Part shown: one piece after another, positions 19,637 through 28,934 of the stretch
Numbering within the stretch: the first letter of the stretch is position 1
Layout of the letters: every line of letters begins with the position of its first letter
Assembly (NCBI GenBank): GCA_965220745.1
Contig: CBDCQT010000013.1
Coordinates: 128,001 to 192,000, forward strand
Direction: 5' to 3'
From: Alphaproteobacteria bacterium
GTDB taxonomy: Bacteria > Pseudomonadota > Alphaproteobacteria > UBA828
Length of the DNA stretch: 64,000 nucleotides
Made by a program: the position numbers and the translations under genes
The notes under the pieces: model-generated
What the model saw: only the letters and a program-made list of their open reading frames with translations
What the model was told of the DNA's origin: nothing
The model's database searches: none

Positions 19637-21364
19637 ATGACCCAGAAGCCCGACGTCGACATGGTCGCCATGTCGATCATCGACTCCACCATGACCGCGG
19701 TCTGCCGCGAGATGGGCATCGTCCTGATGAAGACGTCGTACTCGACGATCTTCAACGAGGCGCTGGACTTCACCTGCGCGCTCGCGAGCCCCGAAGGCGA
19801 GATGATCGCGCAGGCCGAATACTGCCCGTCGATGATCGGCGGCGTGCCCCTGCTGGTGCGAAGCTGCGTCAAGGAGATCCCGCTGGAGACCCTCGAGCCC
19901 GGCGACGTGATCTGCCACAACGACCCCTACCGCGGCGGCCTGCACTGCCCCGAGCACACGCTGATCAAGCCGGTCTTCGTCGATGACGAGCTCATGGGCT
20001 TCGCCATGACCATCGGGCATCTGCAGGAGATTGGCGGCATGGTGCCTGGCGCCTTCGCCGGCGAGGCGACCGAGATCTTCCACGAAGGCATCCGCGTGCC
20101 CCCGGTCAAGATCAAAAGCCGCGGCGAGGACGTGGAGGAGGTGTGGAAGCTGCTGCTCGCGAACGTCCGCACCCCCCGCTACAACTACGGCGACCTGCGC
20201 GCCCTGATCGCGGGCGTGGACGTGGGCGAGCGCGGGCTCGCCAAGCTCATCCGCAAGTACGGCAAGGACAACTTCCGCCGCAACGTGCTTGACCTGATGG
20301 ACTACTCCGAGAGCCGCATGCGCGCGGAGATCGGCGCCATCGAGGACGGCGTCTACCGCTTCCAGGACCAGGTCGAGGACGACGGCATCGAGAGCAGGCC
20401 CTACACCATCAAAGTGGCCGTCCACGTCCAGGGCGGGGAGGTGGTGATCGACTACTCCGGCACCTCGCCGCAGGCGCTGGGCCCGATCAACGCCACCCTC
20501 GGCGTCTCCTACTCCGCCGCCTACAACGGCATCCTGCAGGTCACCGACGAGACCATCCCCAAGAACTCGGGCTGCTTCCGTCCGATCCGCGTGGTCTCGC
20601 CGCCCGGCACCTTGCTCAACGTGGACTATCCGGGGCCGGAGGTCGGCGGCAACACCGAGACCCACTGCAAGATCGCGGGCGCGGTGATCGGCGCGCTGGC
20701 GCCGGCGTTGCCGGATCGCACCATGGCGGCGGAAGGCGCGACGCACACCAACTTCGTCTTCGGCGGCACCGACGAGGAGACCGGCGAGGCGTTCGTCTGC
20801 TACGCCATCGAGCTCTCGGGCTGGGGCGGGCGCAGCTTCGCCGACGGCAACGACGCCACCGATTCGATCAACGGCAACTGCCGGGTGGTGCCGGTGGAGG
20901 TGTTCGAGACCCGCTTCCCGTTCCGCACCGAGTCCTACATCCTGGTGCAGGATTCCGGCGGCGCCGGCCTGAATCGCGGCGGGCTCAGCACCCAGCGTAC
21001 GCTCAAGAGCCTGGATACCGAGATCATGGGCAGCCAGATGTCCGACCGCCACCGCAACCGGCCCTGGGGGCTGCACGGCGGCCAGCCCGGCGGCCTCGCC
21101 GGCACCTGGCACCAGTCCGCGAACACGACCAGCTGGCACATGATCGACGAGGCCTTCGGCAAGGCCAGCCCCAGCAAGTGGAGCAACGTGCGCATCCGGC
21201 CGGGCGATTCGATCCGGTTCCAGACTCCGGGCGGCGGCGGCTGGGGCGATCCGCGCGAGCGCTCGCGCGAGCAGGTGATCGAGGATCTGGCCGAAGGCTA
21301 CATCTCGCCTGCCTCGGCGCGGGAGCACTACGGCCTGGACGGCGCGGCCGAAGCGGCGGAGTAG
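19637..21364 (+). CDS. Hydantoinase B / oxoprolinase family subunit
   Basis: NDPYRGGLH, PVEVFE, DSGGAG..RGG, TPGGGGWGDP. Confidence 0.93.
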   Translation: MTQKPDVDMVAMSIIDSTMTAVCREMGIVLMKTSYSTIFNEALDFTCALASPEGEMIAQAEYCPSMIGGVPLLVRSCVKEIPLETLEPGDVICHNDPYRGGLHCPEHTLIKPVFVDDELMGFAMTIGHLQEIGGMVPGAFAGEATEIFHEGIRVPPVKIKSRGEDVEEVWKLLLANVRTPRYNYGDLRALIAGVDVGERGLAKLIRKYGKDNFRRNVLDLMDYSESRMRAEIGAIEDGVYRFQDQVEDDGIESRPYTIKVAVHVQGGEVVIDYSGTSPQALGPINATLGVSYSAAYNGILQVTDETIPKNSGCFRPIRVVSPPGTLLNVDYPGPEVGGNTETHCKIAGAVIGALAPALPDRTMAAEGATHTNFVFGGTDEETGEAFVCYAIELSGWGGRSFADGNDATDSINGNCRVVPVEVFETRFPFRTESYILVQDSGGAGLNRGGLSTQRTLKSLDTEIMGSQMSDRHRNRPWGLHGGQPGGLAGTWHQSANTTSWHMIDEAFGKASPSKWSNVRIRPGDSIRFQTPGGGGWGDPRERSREQVIEDLAEGYISPASAREHYGLDGAAEAAE

Positions 21365-21373
21365 GGGCGCCGA

Positions 21374-21542
21374 CCCCCTCTTCACCCCGGCCCTCTCCTC
21401 CACCTCTTCATTTCCCTCAGGCGCCGGGCGCTCGCTTGGCTACCGCGCCTTGCGGCACGAGGGGGAGGAGTAGGGAGAGAGGGCTGGTGCCGCCTGCGTC
21501 CCCTCTCCGCCCTTTGGGGGGAGAGGGACAGGGAGAGGTGGG
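21374..21542. repeat. Nested REP-like palindromes between convergent genes
   Basis: C/T-rich arm ...GGGAGAGAGGG, GTCCCCTCTCC..GGAGAGGGAC, and inner TTCCCTCAGGCGCCGGGCGCTCGC shared with 27779 and 31774. Confidence 0.75.
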
Positions 21543-21601
21543 TATTTCAGTCTGCCGAGATCCGCGAGGTTGGATCGCGGGTCGGCTTTGGACAGCGGGA
21601 C

Positions 21602-22861
21602 TTACTCTTTGCTGCGCTCCGCAACGAGGGCGTCGAGCCTCTCGAGCAGGGCCGCGCGGTCGGGCGTGAAGTCACGCTCGATCCACCAGTCCTCGACCGC
21701 GCGGAGCAGTTGGCCGACCTCCGGCCCTTCCTCGACACCGCGTTCAATCACGTCCGCGCCGCGTAGCAGGAACTCCGGTGCCTCCCACGTATCGGCGATC
21801 TCCAGCATCGCACGCAAGAGTGAGTCCTTCGCATCAAGGTTCTCCTCGGCCCAAACGACGAGCACCAAATCCCGGAAGCGCTCACGTCCCAACCGATGGA
21901 GGAGTCGGCGCTGGACTCGGCGGTCAATGCGAGGGTTGATCGGGTTTGGCCCTACAACGAGCGCGACAAGTCGTTCGGCCTGAATTCGCGGCAGTTGCCA
22001 GCGATCGGCAAAGGCCCTTACGGCGGTGGCGGTCTTCTCTGTGCCGCTATCGGCGATCAAAGCGGCGAGTCGCCGGATCGGGTCGAGAGCGGAGTAAAAT
22101 CGCTCGAGGCCGATGAGGCGGGTGAAAGCCTCTGGTTGCCGTGCCAACGGCAACAGTTGGTCGAGAACGCCAGTGTTGAGCATGGCGGAGATCGCCGGTA
22201 CGGGATCATCTGATGCCAGCAGCTTCAGCATCTCGCCCTGAATTCGTTCGTACGATAGCAGCGTGATCGTGTCTGATGCCGCTTCGCAAGCCACAAGCGC
22301 CGCTACGTCCGGCGCGCCCTGCCCGTACCAAGCATGGAAGCGGAAGAAGCGGAGGATGCGCAGGTGGTCCTCGGCGATGCGCGTCGCGGGGTCGCCGACG
22401 AAGCGCACACGGCCGGCCTTCAGGTCCGCCTGCCCGCTGAAATAGTCGTAGAGCGTGCCGTCGGGCGCGGCGCTCATGGCATTGATGGTGAAGTCGCGGC
22501 GCGCCGCGTCTTCCCGCCAGTCGTCGGTGAAGGCGACCTCGGCGTGGCGGCCGTCGGTCCGCTCGTCGCGCCTGAGCGTCGTGATCTCGTAGCGCTCGCT
22601 GCCGGCAAGCGCCGTAACGGTGCCGTGCGCGATGCCGCGCGGGACGGTGCGGGTCTCGATGCCCGCGTCACCCAGCAGCGCCATCACCCGCTGGGGCGGG
22701 TCGGGCGTGCCGATGTCGATATCGTCGCTCTCGCGCTCCAGCAGCGCGTCGCGGACGCAGCCGCCGACGAAGCGGACATCGGCGCCATCGGCAGTGAGCG
22801 CGTCGATCACGGCGCGGGTCGCTGGCGCCGTGATCCAGGGAGCGTGGACGGTGTTCTCCAC
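21602..22861 (-). CDS. cca: CCA tRNA nucleotidyltransferase / poly(A) polymerase family
   Basis: RFVGGCVRD, DIDI, EITTLRRD, DAARRDFTINA, EDHLRILRFFRF; start codon approximate. Confidence 0.9.
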   Translation of the reverse strand: MENTVHAPWITAPATRAVIDALTADGADVRFVGGCVRDALLERESDDIDIGTPDPPQRVMALLGDAGIETRTVPRGIAHGTVTALAGSERYEITTLRRDERTDGRHAEVAFTDDWREDAARRDFTINAMSAAPDGTLYDYFSGQADLKAGRVRFVGDPATRIAEDHLRILRFFRFHAWYGQGAPDVAALVACEAASDTITLLSYERIQGEMLKLLASDDPVPAISAMLNTGVLDQLLPLARQPEAFTRLIGLERFYSALDPIRRLAALIADSGTEKTATAVRAFADRWQLPRIQAERLVALVVGPNPINPRIDRRVQRRLLHRLGRERFRDLVLVVWAEENLDAKDSLLRAMLEIADTWEAPEFLLRGADVIERGVEEGPEVGQLLRAVEDWWIERDFTPDRAALLERLDALVAERSKE

Positions 22862-22872
22862 CGAACGCGTGC

Positions 22873-23151
22873 TCAGTCGATGACCTCGCCGGGCACGATC
22901 TCGCCGTCTACGATGCGCGCCGGCACGTAGGTGCCCTCGGGGTCCCCACCGGCGGTCATCGCCCATACCACCAGGCTCGCCGCTGCCAGTATCAGACCGC
23001 TGCCCAGGAGCCTGACCCACGGCATCTTGCGCAGCTGCGCCGCCACATGGCTGCGGCTCAGCTGAACCCGGCGCGACAGGATGAGGAACGCGAAGTAGAG
23101 GATCGTCGGCGCGAGCAGGATCAGGATATGGATCAGGGTGGTTCTCAACAT
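22873..23151 (-). CDS. Small membrane protein (DUF6111-like)
   Basis: Two hydrophobic helices and C-terminal YVPARIVDGEIVPG; usual position between NudL and cca. Confidence 0.75.
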   Translation of the reverse strand: MLRTTLIHILILLAPTILYFAFLILSRRVQLSRSHVAAQLRKMPWVRLLGSGLILAAASLVVWAMTAGGDPEGTYVPARIVDGEIVPGEVID

Positions 23152-23807
23152 GATGCGCGCACCACATCCCGGAAGTTGACGAGGATCGCCGCCGTAGCGC
23201 CCCAGATATGATACGCCTCGTAGGGCATCACGTAAAAACGGCGCTCGACGCCGCCGACGGTCATCTTGTCGCGCCGGTAGTTGCTGGGCTCCAGCACGAA
23301 GGGCAGCGGCACCTCGAAGACCTCGGCGACCTCGCGGGTATCCGCCTCGAAGGCGGGCGGCGCCACGACGAAACCGACGACAGGGGTGATGCGATAGCCG
23401 GTGCCCACCAGATAGTCGTCGAGCCGGCCGACGATCTCGACCTGCGATGCGGGCAGGCCGATTTCCTCCTCGGCCTCCCGGAGCGCCGTTCTCTGCGGGG
23501 TCCCGTCTTCGGGGTCGGCGCGGCCGCCGGGGAAGCTGATCTGGCCGGCGTGGCGCGCGAGGCGCTCAGCCCGGCGCGTGAGCAGCACCGAGAATACGCC
23601 CGCGCGTTCGATGACGGCGACGAGCACGGCGGCAGGCGTAATCGGCTCCGATGCTGGCAGGCGGCCCCAGGACTCTTCGCTGTGACGGAGCGAGCCCGGC
23701 ACGCGGGCGGAGGGCTCCCGCTCCGCTGCGGCGATGACCGCCTCCCAGGGCTGATCCGGCGCGCCCGGAGCCCGCTGCGCCACGGCGCGCAGAATGTCGG
23801 CTTGCAT
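23145..23807 (-). CDS. CoA pyrophosphatase (Nudix, NudL-like)
   Basis: LLTRRA..L..HAGQISFPGG...ALREAEEEIGL, IWGATA. Confidence 0.92.
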   Translation of the reverse strand: MQADILRAVAQRAPGAPDQPWEAVIAAAEREPSARVPGSLRHSEESWGRLPASEPITPAAVLVAVIERAGVFSVLLTRRAERLARHAGQISFPGGRADPEDGTPQRTALREAEEEIGLPASQVEIVGRLDDYLVGTGYRITPVVGFVVAPPAFEADTREVAEVFEVPLPFVLEPSNYRRDKMTVGGVERRFYVMPYEAYHIWGATAAILVNFRDVVRASC

Positions 23808-23827
23808 CGACGGGGCTCGTTTGGCGT

Positions 23828-24346
23828 TCAGGCTGCGTCGTCGAAGGGGAAGAACACGCCGTCGCTCCAGACGCCGAGCACCGGCCGGCCTTCGATCTCC
23901 CGCTCGACACAGAGCTCCACCAACGGATAGTAGGCGGCGCGCGCCACCCGTGCCTCCAGGCCATCGCGCACGGTGAGGTAGGGCGCCTTCTCGTTGGACC
24001 CCGGCAAGGGGCGGAAGGAGAGGGGGTGCGCGGCGTCGGCGCTCACCCACTCGTCCAGGTTGGTGCGGAAGCGCAGGCGCTGGCCTTCGCCGTCGCCTTC
24101 GGCGTCCATCTCGACAGCGATGAAGGGCACGTCGTTGACCGCGATACGCGCCTTCTCCACCGGCGTGACGAGCCAGTAGTCGCCGTCCTCGCGCCTCAGC
24201 ACGCTTGCGAAGAGCTTGACCAAGGGCAGCCGGCCGATGGGGCAGCCTTCGTGAAACCACGTGCCGTCGCCCGCAATCCTGATGTCGATGTCGCCGCAAA
24301 AGAGCTGCGGCGGCCGCCCGGCGGCCGGTGCCTGCGATTCGCCCAT
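23828..24346 (-). CDS. DUF1285 domain protein
   Basis: FCGDIDIRI..DGTWFHEG.PI.R, YWLVTPVEK, FRTN. Confidence 0.88.
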   Translation of the reverse strand: MGESQAPAAGRPPQLFCGDIDIRIAGDGTWFHEGCPIGRLPLVKLFASVLRREDGDYWLVTPVEKARIAVNDVPFIAVEMDAEGDGEGQRLRFRTNLDEWVSADAAHPLSFRPLPGSNEKAPYLTVRDGLEARVARAAYYPLVELCVEREIEGRPVLGVWSDGVFFPFDDAA

Positions 24347-24429
24347 GCGCGCACTATAGCCGAGCGAAGGGGTTGCGGGGTCATATCCGATGATCGCCCT
24401 GCCGCATTCGGCAAGTAGCTCGGAAGCAA

Positions 24430-24504
24430 CCCCCTCCTCACCCCAAACGTCTATATGGACGCCTCCCACCGCTGATGCTGTCGCTCGGGAGGGTTGAGGT
24501 GGGG
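24430..24504. repeat. Degenerate REP-like inverted repeat
   Basis: CCCCCTCCTCACCCC ... GGGAGGGTTGAGGTGGGGG. Confidence 0.4.
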
Positions 24505-24590
24505 GCTACGAAGCCTACAGTCTCAATCGTTGAAGGGGACATGGGCGACGCCCTCGTCGACCTTGATGCGGGGCACGGCGCAACCCAGCA

Positions 24591-24633
24591 TAAAACGCGC
24601 AGGGCAGGGCGCGTCAGGGCACCCCGCCCTGCG
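24591..24633 (-). terminator. Putative intrinsic terminator of the substrate-binding protein gene
   Basis: GCAGGGC...GCCCTGC stem followed by a short T-run on the minus strand, just after the stop codon. Confidence 0.45.
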
Positions 24634-24642
24634 CAAGGGAGG

Positions 24643-25761
24643 CTACTTCGCGAGCCAGGTGTTGAACACCTCGTCGAGCTCTGCCCGGTGATCAGCCCAC
24701 CAGACGTAGTCGAAGTCGAAAATAGTCGCGGCGTTGTTTGGATCGGTCGGCATATGGGGCTTCATGTCGATGCCGAGATCGGCATGGTTGCCCACGAGCG
24801 GCGCCGACGAGTAGCGGGCCGGACCGTAGGAAATGAACTTCGCCTGGTCCGCCAGACGCTGCGTATCCGTGGCAAAGTGGAGATACGCCTTCACCGCATC
24901 GAGATCCTTGACGCCGACCGGCACGACCCAGCCGTCGAGATCGAAAATCTGCCGATCCCACATCATGGCGATGGGCTGGTTCTTCTCCGCGATGGCCGAG
25001 AAGAGGCGGCCGTTGTACGCCGAGGCAATGACGACCTCGCCGTCCGCCAGAAGCTGCGGCGGCTGCGCTCCCTTGGTCCACCACACCACCTGATCCTTGA
25101 TGGTATCGAGCTTTGCCAAGGCACGGCTCACGCCCTCGGACGTGCTGAGCATGCCATAGACATCTGCAGGTGCCACGCCATCGGCGAGCAGCGCCCATTC
25201 GAGATTGTTGATGGGCCGCCTCTCCAGCGAGCGCTTGCCGGGGAATTTCTCCAGATCGAACACGTCCGCGATCGAGGACGGCTGCTCACCCTCGAAGACA
25301 TCGGTGCGATAACCGAAGGTCGTGGAATAGACGATCTGCGGGATGAAGCAGTTGGTGCCACCCGGCGACAGCGTGCCGGCGAAGAAGTCTTCCGACGCAG
25401 GGGTCCCGTCCGGCGCGGGCGCCAGCCACGTGTCGGGATCGATTTCCATGATCAACCCCTCATCGCACGCGGTAATCGCATCGGCTGCGACCATGTCGAC
25501 GATGTCCCAAGTGACGTTGTTCGACTCCACCTGTGCCCGAACCTTTGCCAGCCCTTCGGCGGCGTTGTCGTCATTGATGATGTTGATGTCGGGGTTCGCC
25601 GCCATGTAGGGGTCGTGATAGGCCTTCTGCTGGCTCGCCGTATAGGCGCCGCCCCACGACACGATCGTGAGGTCGAGCGCCTGGGCACTGCCGGCCGCCA
25701 ACGCAACGCCGGCGGCAACGATCGTGGAACCCATCAACAAACTCACTGCCTTTAGTCTCAT
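24643..25761 (-). CDS. ABC transporter substrate-binding protein, polyamine/opine (PotD-like) family
   Basis: Signal peptide ending AQA; LTIVSWGGAY, WDIVD, FPGKRSL, AYNGR. Confidence 0.9.
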   Translation of the reverse strand: MRLKAVSLLMGSTIVAAGVALAAGSAQALDLTIVSWGGAYTASQQKAYHDPYMAANPDINIINDDNAAEGLAKVRAQVESNNVTWDIVDMVAADAITACDEGLIMEIDPDTWLAPAPDGTPASEDFFAGTLSPGGTNCFIPQIVYSTTFGYRTDVFEGEQPSSIADVFDLEKFPGKRSLERRPINNLEWALLADGVAPADVYGMLSTSEGVSRALAKLDTIKDQVVWWTKGAQPPQLLADGEVVIASAYNGRLFSAIAEKNQPIAMMWDRQIFDLDGWVVPVGVKDLDAVKAYLHFATDTQRLADQAKFISYGPARYSSAPLVGNHADLGIDMKPHMPTDPNNAATIFDFDYVWWADHRAELDEVFNTWLAK

Positions 25762-25834
25762 TGCTTTTCCTCCTTCGCTTGAGGGTGGGATCGACCGGCC
25801 GATGCTCGACGACCGCGCCGCCCATTGCATTTTC

Positions 25835-25920
25835 AAACGGTTCTAATACTATATTGTCTACTCTATCACATAAAATACTATTGTGTCGCAGTTCAAACGC
25901 AGTTTCTTGCAAAATGTTGG
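25835..25920. promoter_or_regulatory. AT-rich divergent promoter/operator region
   Basis: AATACTAT twice (25845, 25874) and CACA-N11-TGTG, between the SBP and GntR genes. Confidence 0.45.
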
Positions 25921-26219
25921 ACCCGTCGGGCGCCAGGCACATCATCGTCGAAGCGCCCGGCCGGCCGGCCGGTGGATGGCCGCGTCGAGATACGCTAGGC
26001 TCCGCGCCGATGCGTCCTATACGACTTGAGGCGAATGACGTGATCACCAACCTCGCCGAGAGTTGCCGAATGACGTCCACAAGGGTGACGTCCGGGCGTC
26101 CCCCGACTGGTTCGCCGAGTTTGCCGTGCCATCGCCCGATTTGTCGATCTCGTGGCTGTGGATCGTATTGCCCCCATTGGGCAGGTCGATAGCGACCGAC
26201 TCGGGCAGACGCAGGCCTC

Positions 26220-27167
26220 ATGAACCAGCAGGAAGCCCCACCGCCGCGGGCGGCCGCCACATCCACAGGCGGCAGCATGCCGAGCCCGCTTCAGCTCGAG
26301 ATGGCGCGAAACATCCTGGAATATCTGTGCCGCCGCGAGATGAGTGCAGGAAATCACCTCACCGAGCAGGAGCTGGTGCGCGAGTTCAAGGTGTCGCGAT
26401 CGCCCATCCGGGGCGCGCTGTCGTACCTGGCAAACATGGGGATCGTCGAACGGCGGCCCAACCGCGGCTACTTCGTCAAGCTGAGCGGCAGTGAGCTCCG
26501 TCTCGACAGTCTGGAATTGCCCAGAACGGACGACGAAGAGCTCCTGCTCACGGTGGTGGAAGACTGGTTCGAGAAGAGGGTGCCGCAGTCGTTTTCCGAG
26601 GCGGAATTCCGCAGACGCTACGGGTTGGGCAAGATGACCGCCTCGCGCATCCTCGTGAAGCTGTCCGAGGATGGCATCATTTCGCGAAATCGCGGTCACG
26701 GGTGGCGATTCGAGCCAACGCTCAACACCAAGGGCGCGCGCGACGAGAGCTTCGCCTTCCGCATGGCCCTGGAGCCGGCCGCGATTTGCTCGCCGACCTT
26801 CGAGCTCGATCGCGGCCTGGCGGACATGTGTCGTCGCAGGCACGACACGGCGCTGCGGCAGCGGGAGCTGCCTTCGTACAGCACGTTGATCGAAATCGAC
26901 GCCATGTTTCACCGACTGATCGGTGTTTCATCGCGCAACAGATACTTCCTGGTGGCCATCGAGCGACAAATTTCTCTCCGGCGCAGTCTGGAGTATGCAA
27001 CCTGGACTGCCGTGAGAGCGCGCGTGATCGAGTCCTGTGGCGAGCACATGGAAATTCTGGACGCACTGGAGATAAATCGGCGCGATGACGCCGCCGAGAT
27101 GATGCGACTCCACCTCGCCGGCTCTCTCGACCTCACCACCTGGCGCGAGCTCGGCAACGCCGACTGA
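26220..27167 (+). CDS. GntR family regulator with tandem winged-HTH domains and FCD
   Basis: EQELVREFKVSRSPIRGAL..NRGYFV, second HTH ..SRNRGHGWRF, FCD DAMFH..EH. Confidence 0.85.
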   Translation: MNQQEAPPPRAAATSTGGSMPSPLQLEMARNILEYLCRREMSAGNHLTEQELVREFKVSRSPIRGALSYLANMGIVERRPNRGYFVKLSGSELRLDSLELPRTDDEELLLTVVEDWFEKRVPQSFSEAEFRRRYGLGKMTASRILVKLSEDGIISRNRGHGWRFEPTLNTKGARDESFAFRMALEPAAICSPTFELDRGLADMCRRRHDTALRQRELPSYSTLIEIDAMFHRLIGVSSRNRYFLVAIERQISLRRSLEYATWTAVRARVIESCGEHMEILDALEINRRDDAAEMMRLHLAGSLDLTTWRELGNAD

Positions 27168-27201
27168 GTCACCGTGTCGAGCGGGACGAGAGCCGGCAGC
27201 C

Positions 27202-27759
27202 TCAGTCGTTGAAGGGGACGTGGGCGACGCTTTCGTCGACCTCGATGCCGAGCACGGCGCAGAAGCTGCCGAGCAGCTGGTAGTAGCCGATCATCACCAC
27301 GAGATCGACGAGGCCGGCGTCGCCGAGTTCCGCGCGCAGCCGGGCCACCAAGGCGTCGTCCACGTCTTCGCCGCTGGCGACGAGGCGGGCGAGGCGGAGC
27401 GCGGGCCCCACGGGCGCGGGCTCCGAGTCCATCGCCGGCGTGCCGACCACGGCCCGGAAGCGCTCCGGCACCTTGTGGATGTGGTGGTCCCACTCGAAGA
27501 CGTTGCCCACGGCCTGCGAGACCGTGCAGATGACCATCTCGCGCAGGTCGTTATCGAGCGCCGAGTGCCAGCGCACGTGCTCGCCCACCGAGGCGACGGC
27601 CCGGAGCGCCTCCGGGCTTTGCCCCATGACCGCGAACATGTTGGGCATGAAGGCGAGCTTGCGGGTCTCGACCACGTGGTCCCAGATCGGCACCTGCTCG
27701 GCTGAGAGGTCATCGCGCTCCGCCCGCGGCAGGCGCGGGGCTGCGGCATAGCTGGTCAT
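27202..27759 (-). CDS. Carboxymuconolactone decarboxylase / AhpD-like protein
   Basis: LREMVI...FEWDHH, LGDAGLVDLVVMIGYY. Confidence 0.8.
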   Translation of the reverse strand: MTSYAAAPRLPRAERDDLSAEQVPIWDHVVETRKLAFMPNMFAVMGQSPEALRAVASVGEHVRWHSALDNDLREMVICTVSQAVGNVFEWDHHIHKVPERFRAVVGTPAMDSEPAPVGPALRLARLVASGEDVDDALVARLRAELGDAGLVDLVVMIGYYQLLGSFCAVLGIEVDESVAHVPFND

Positions 27760-27778
27760 CGGATTCTCTCTTTCGTGT

Positions 27779-27867
27779 TCCCTCAGGCGCCGGGCGCTCG
27801 CTCCGCTTGCTTGGCTACGCGCCATTCGGCGCGGCGCGCAGTCGCGCGCTCCGGACCTGCGGTCCGG
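27779..27867. repeat. Intergenic multi-hairpin repeat (uninterrupted copy of the family hit by the IS)
   Basis: TTCCCTCAGGCGCCGGGCGCTCGC...GCTACGCGCC..GCGCGCAGTCGCGCGC.CCGGACCTGCGGTCCGG. Confidence 0.8.
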
Positions 27868-27900
27868 TTGTTCATATTTTCACCAGCGAGATGACCCCGT

Positions 27901-28917
27901 TCAATCCGCGAAGGCCTCGATCATCGCCTCGTGATTGGCCAAAGATTCCTCGCGCTCGACGAAGGGGTTGGGGCAGTAGAGCAGCACGGTCTCGAACAGC
28001 TCCTCGAAGCGGTCGAGCTGGCCGCGCACGTCGTCGGGCGTGCCGGCGAGCGCCAGTGCGTCGATCATGTCCTCGGTCACGAGCTCGGCCATGGCGGCCA
28101 CGTCGGCCCGTGCCCAGGCCTCGCGGATCGCGAGCTTCTCGCGCGTGAAGCCCGCCGGGTCGAGCACCTGGTCGAAGTAGGGGAGCCGCGTATAGAAGGC
28201 GACGCAGGGCCGCGCCCGTTGCCTGGCGCGGGCGCGGTCCTTGTCCACCGAGCAGATCTTCACCGCGCAGTGCTCGAACGCCGAGGGGTCGCGGCCGGCC
28301 CTGGAAAGCCCTTCCTTGACCGCCGGGTGCACGATCTCGGTGAAGTAATGCGGCGTGTTGAGCACGTTGGCGAGCAGGCCGTCTCCCACCTCGCCCGCCA
28401 GCCGCAGCATCCCCTTCTGCACCGCGGCGAGGTAGATCGGCGGCGGCTCGCAGGGCGGCGCAATCAGGCGGCGATAGTCGCGCACCGTGATGATCTCGCC
28501 TTCGTAGTCGATCGGCGCGGTGGGAGACGCGGTCCACATCCGCCTGATCGAATTCACATACTCGCGCATGCGCTGAACCGGCCGCCGGTACGAAACCCCG
28601 TGCCAATTCTCGTTCCATTCCTTTGGCGCGGTGCCGAGGCCGAGCACGAAACGCCCGCCCGTGAGCTCGGCCATCGACATGGCGCTGATCTCGGTCATTG
28701 CCGGGGGCCGGGCGAAGACGGCGACGCCGGTGCCGAGGCGCGCGCGCTTGCACCGGGCCGCCATGCCGGCGAGCGGCACGAAGGCATCGCGGCCGAGCTC
28801 GGTGGTCCAGAGGCTTTCCGCGCCCGCGTCCTCGGCTTTGGCCGCGAAGTCGATGGTTTCCTGCAGCGTCAGGTTGTCGCCGCTGAAGAGCACGCCCCAT
28901 TTCCACTTGCGGGCCAT
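27901..28917 (-). CDS. LLM class flavin-dependent oxidoreductase
   Basis: RLGTGV, GRFVLGLG, PPIYLAA, AGEVGDG, LAGTPDDV. Confidence 0.88.
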   Translation of the reverse strand: MARKWKWGVLFSGDNLTLQETIDFAAKAEDAGAESLWTTELGRDAFVPLAGMAARCKRARLGTGVAVFARPPAMTEISAMSMAELTGGRFVLGLGTAPKEWNENWHGVSYRRPVQRMREYVNSIRRMWTASPTAPIDYEGEIITVRDYRRLIAPPCEPPPIYLAAVQKGMLRLAGEVGDGLLANVLNTPHYFTEIVHPAVKEGLSRAGRDPSAFEHCAVKICSVDKDRARARQRARPCVAFYTRLPYFDQVLDPAGFTREKLAIREAWARADVAAMAELVTEDMIDALALAGTPDDVRGQLDRFEELFETVLLYCPNPFVEREESLANHEAMIEAFAD

Positions 28918-28934
28918 CGTCTTTCTCTCTCTTG

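Noticed and set aside
21780-22300. Apparently lower GC3 in the C-terminal half of cca (possible mosaic gene)
   Set aside because: Impression by eye only; this region is normally poorly conserved and I cannot quantify it here.
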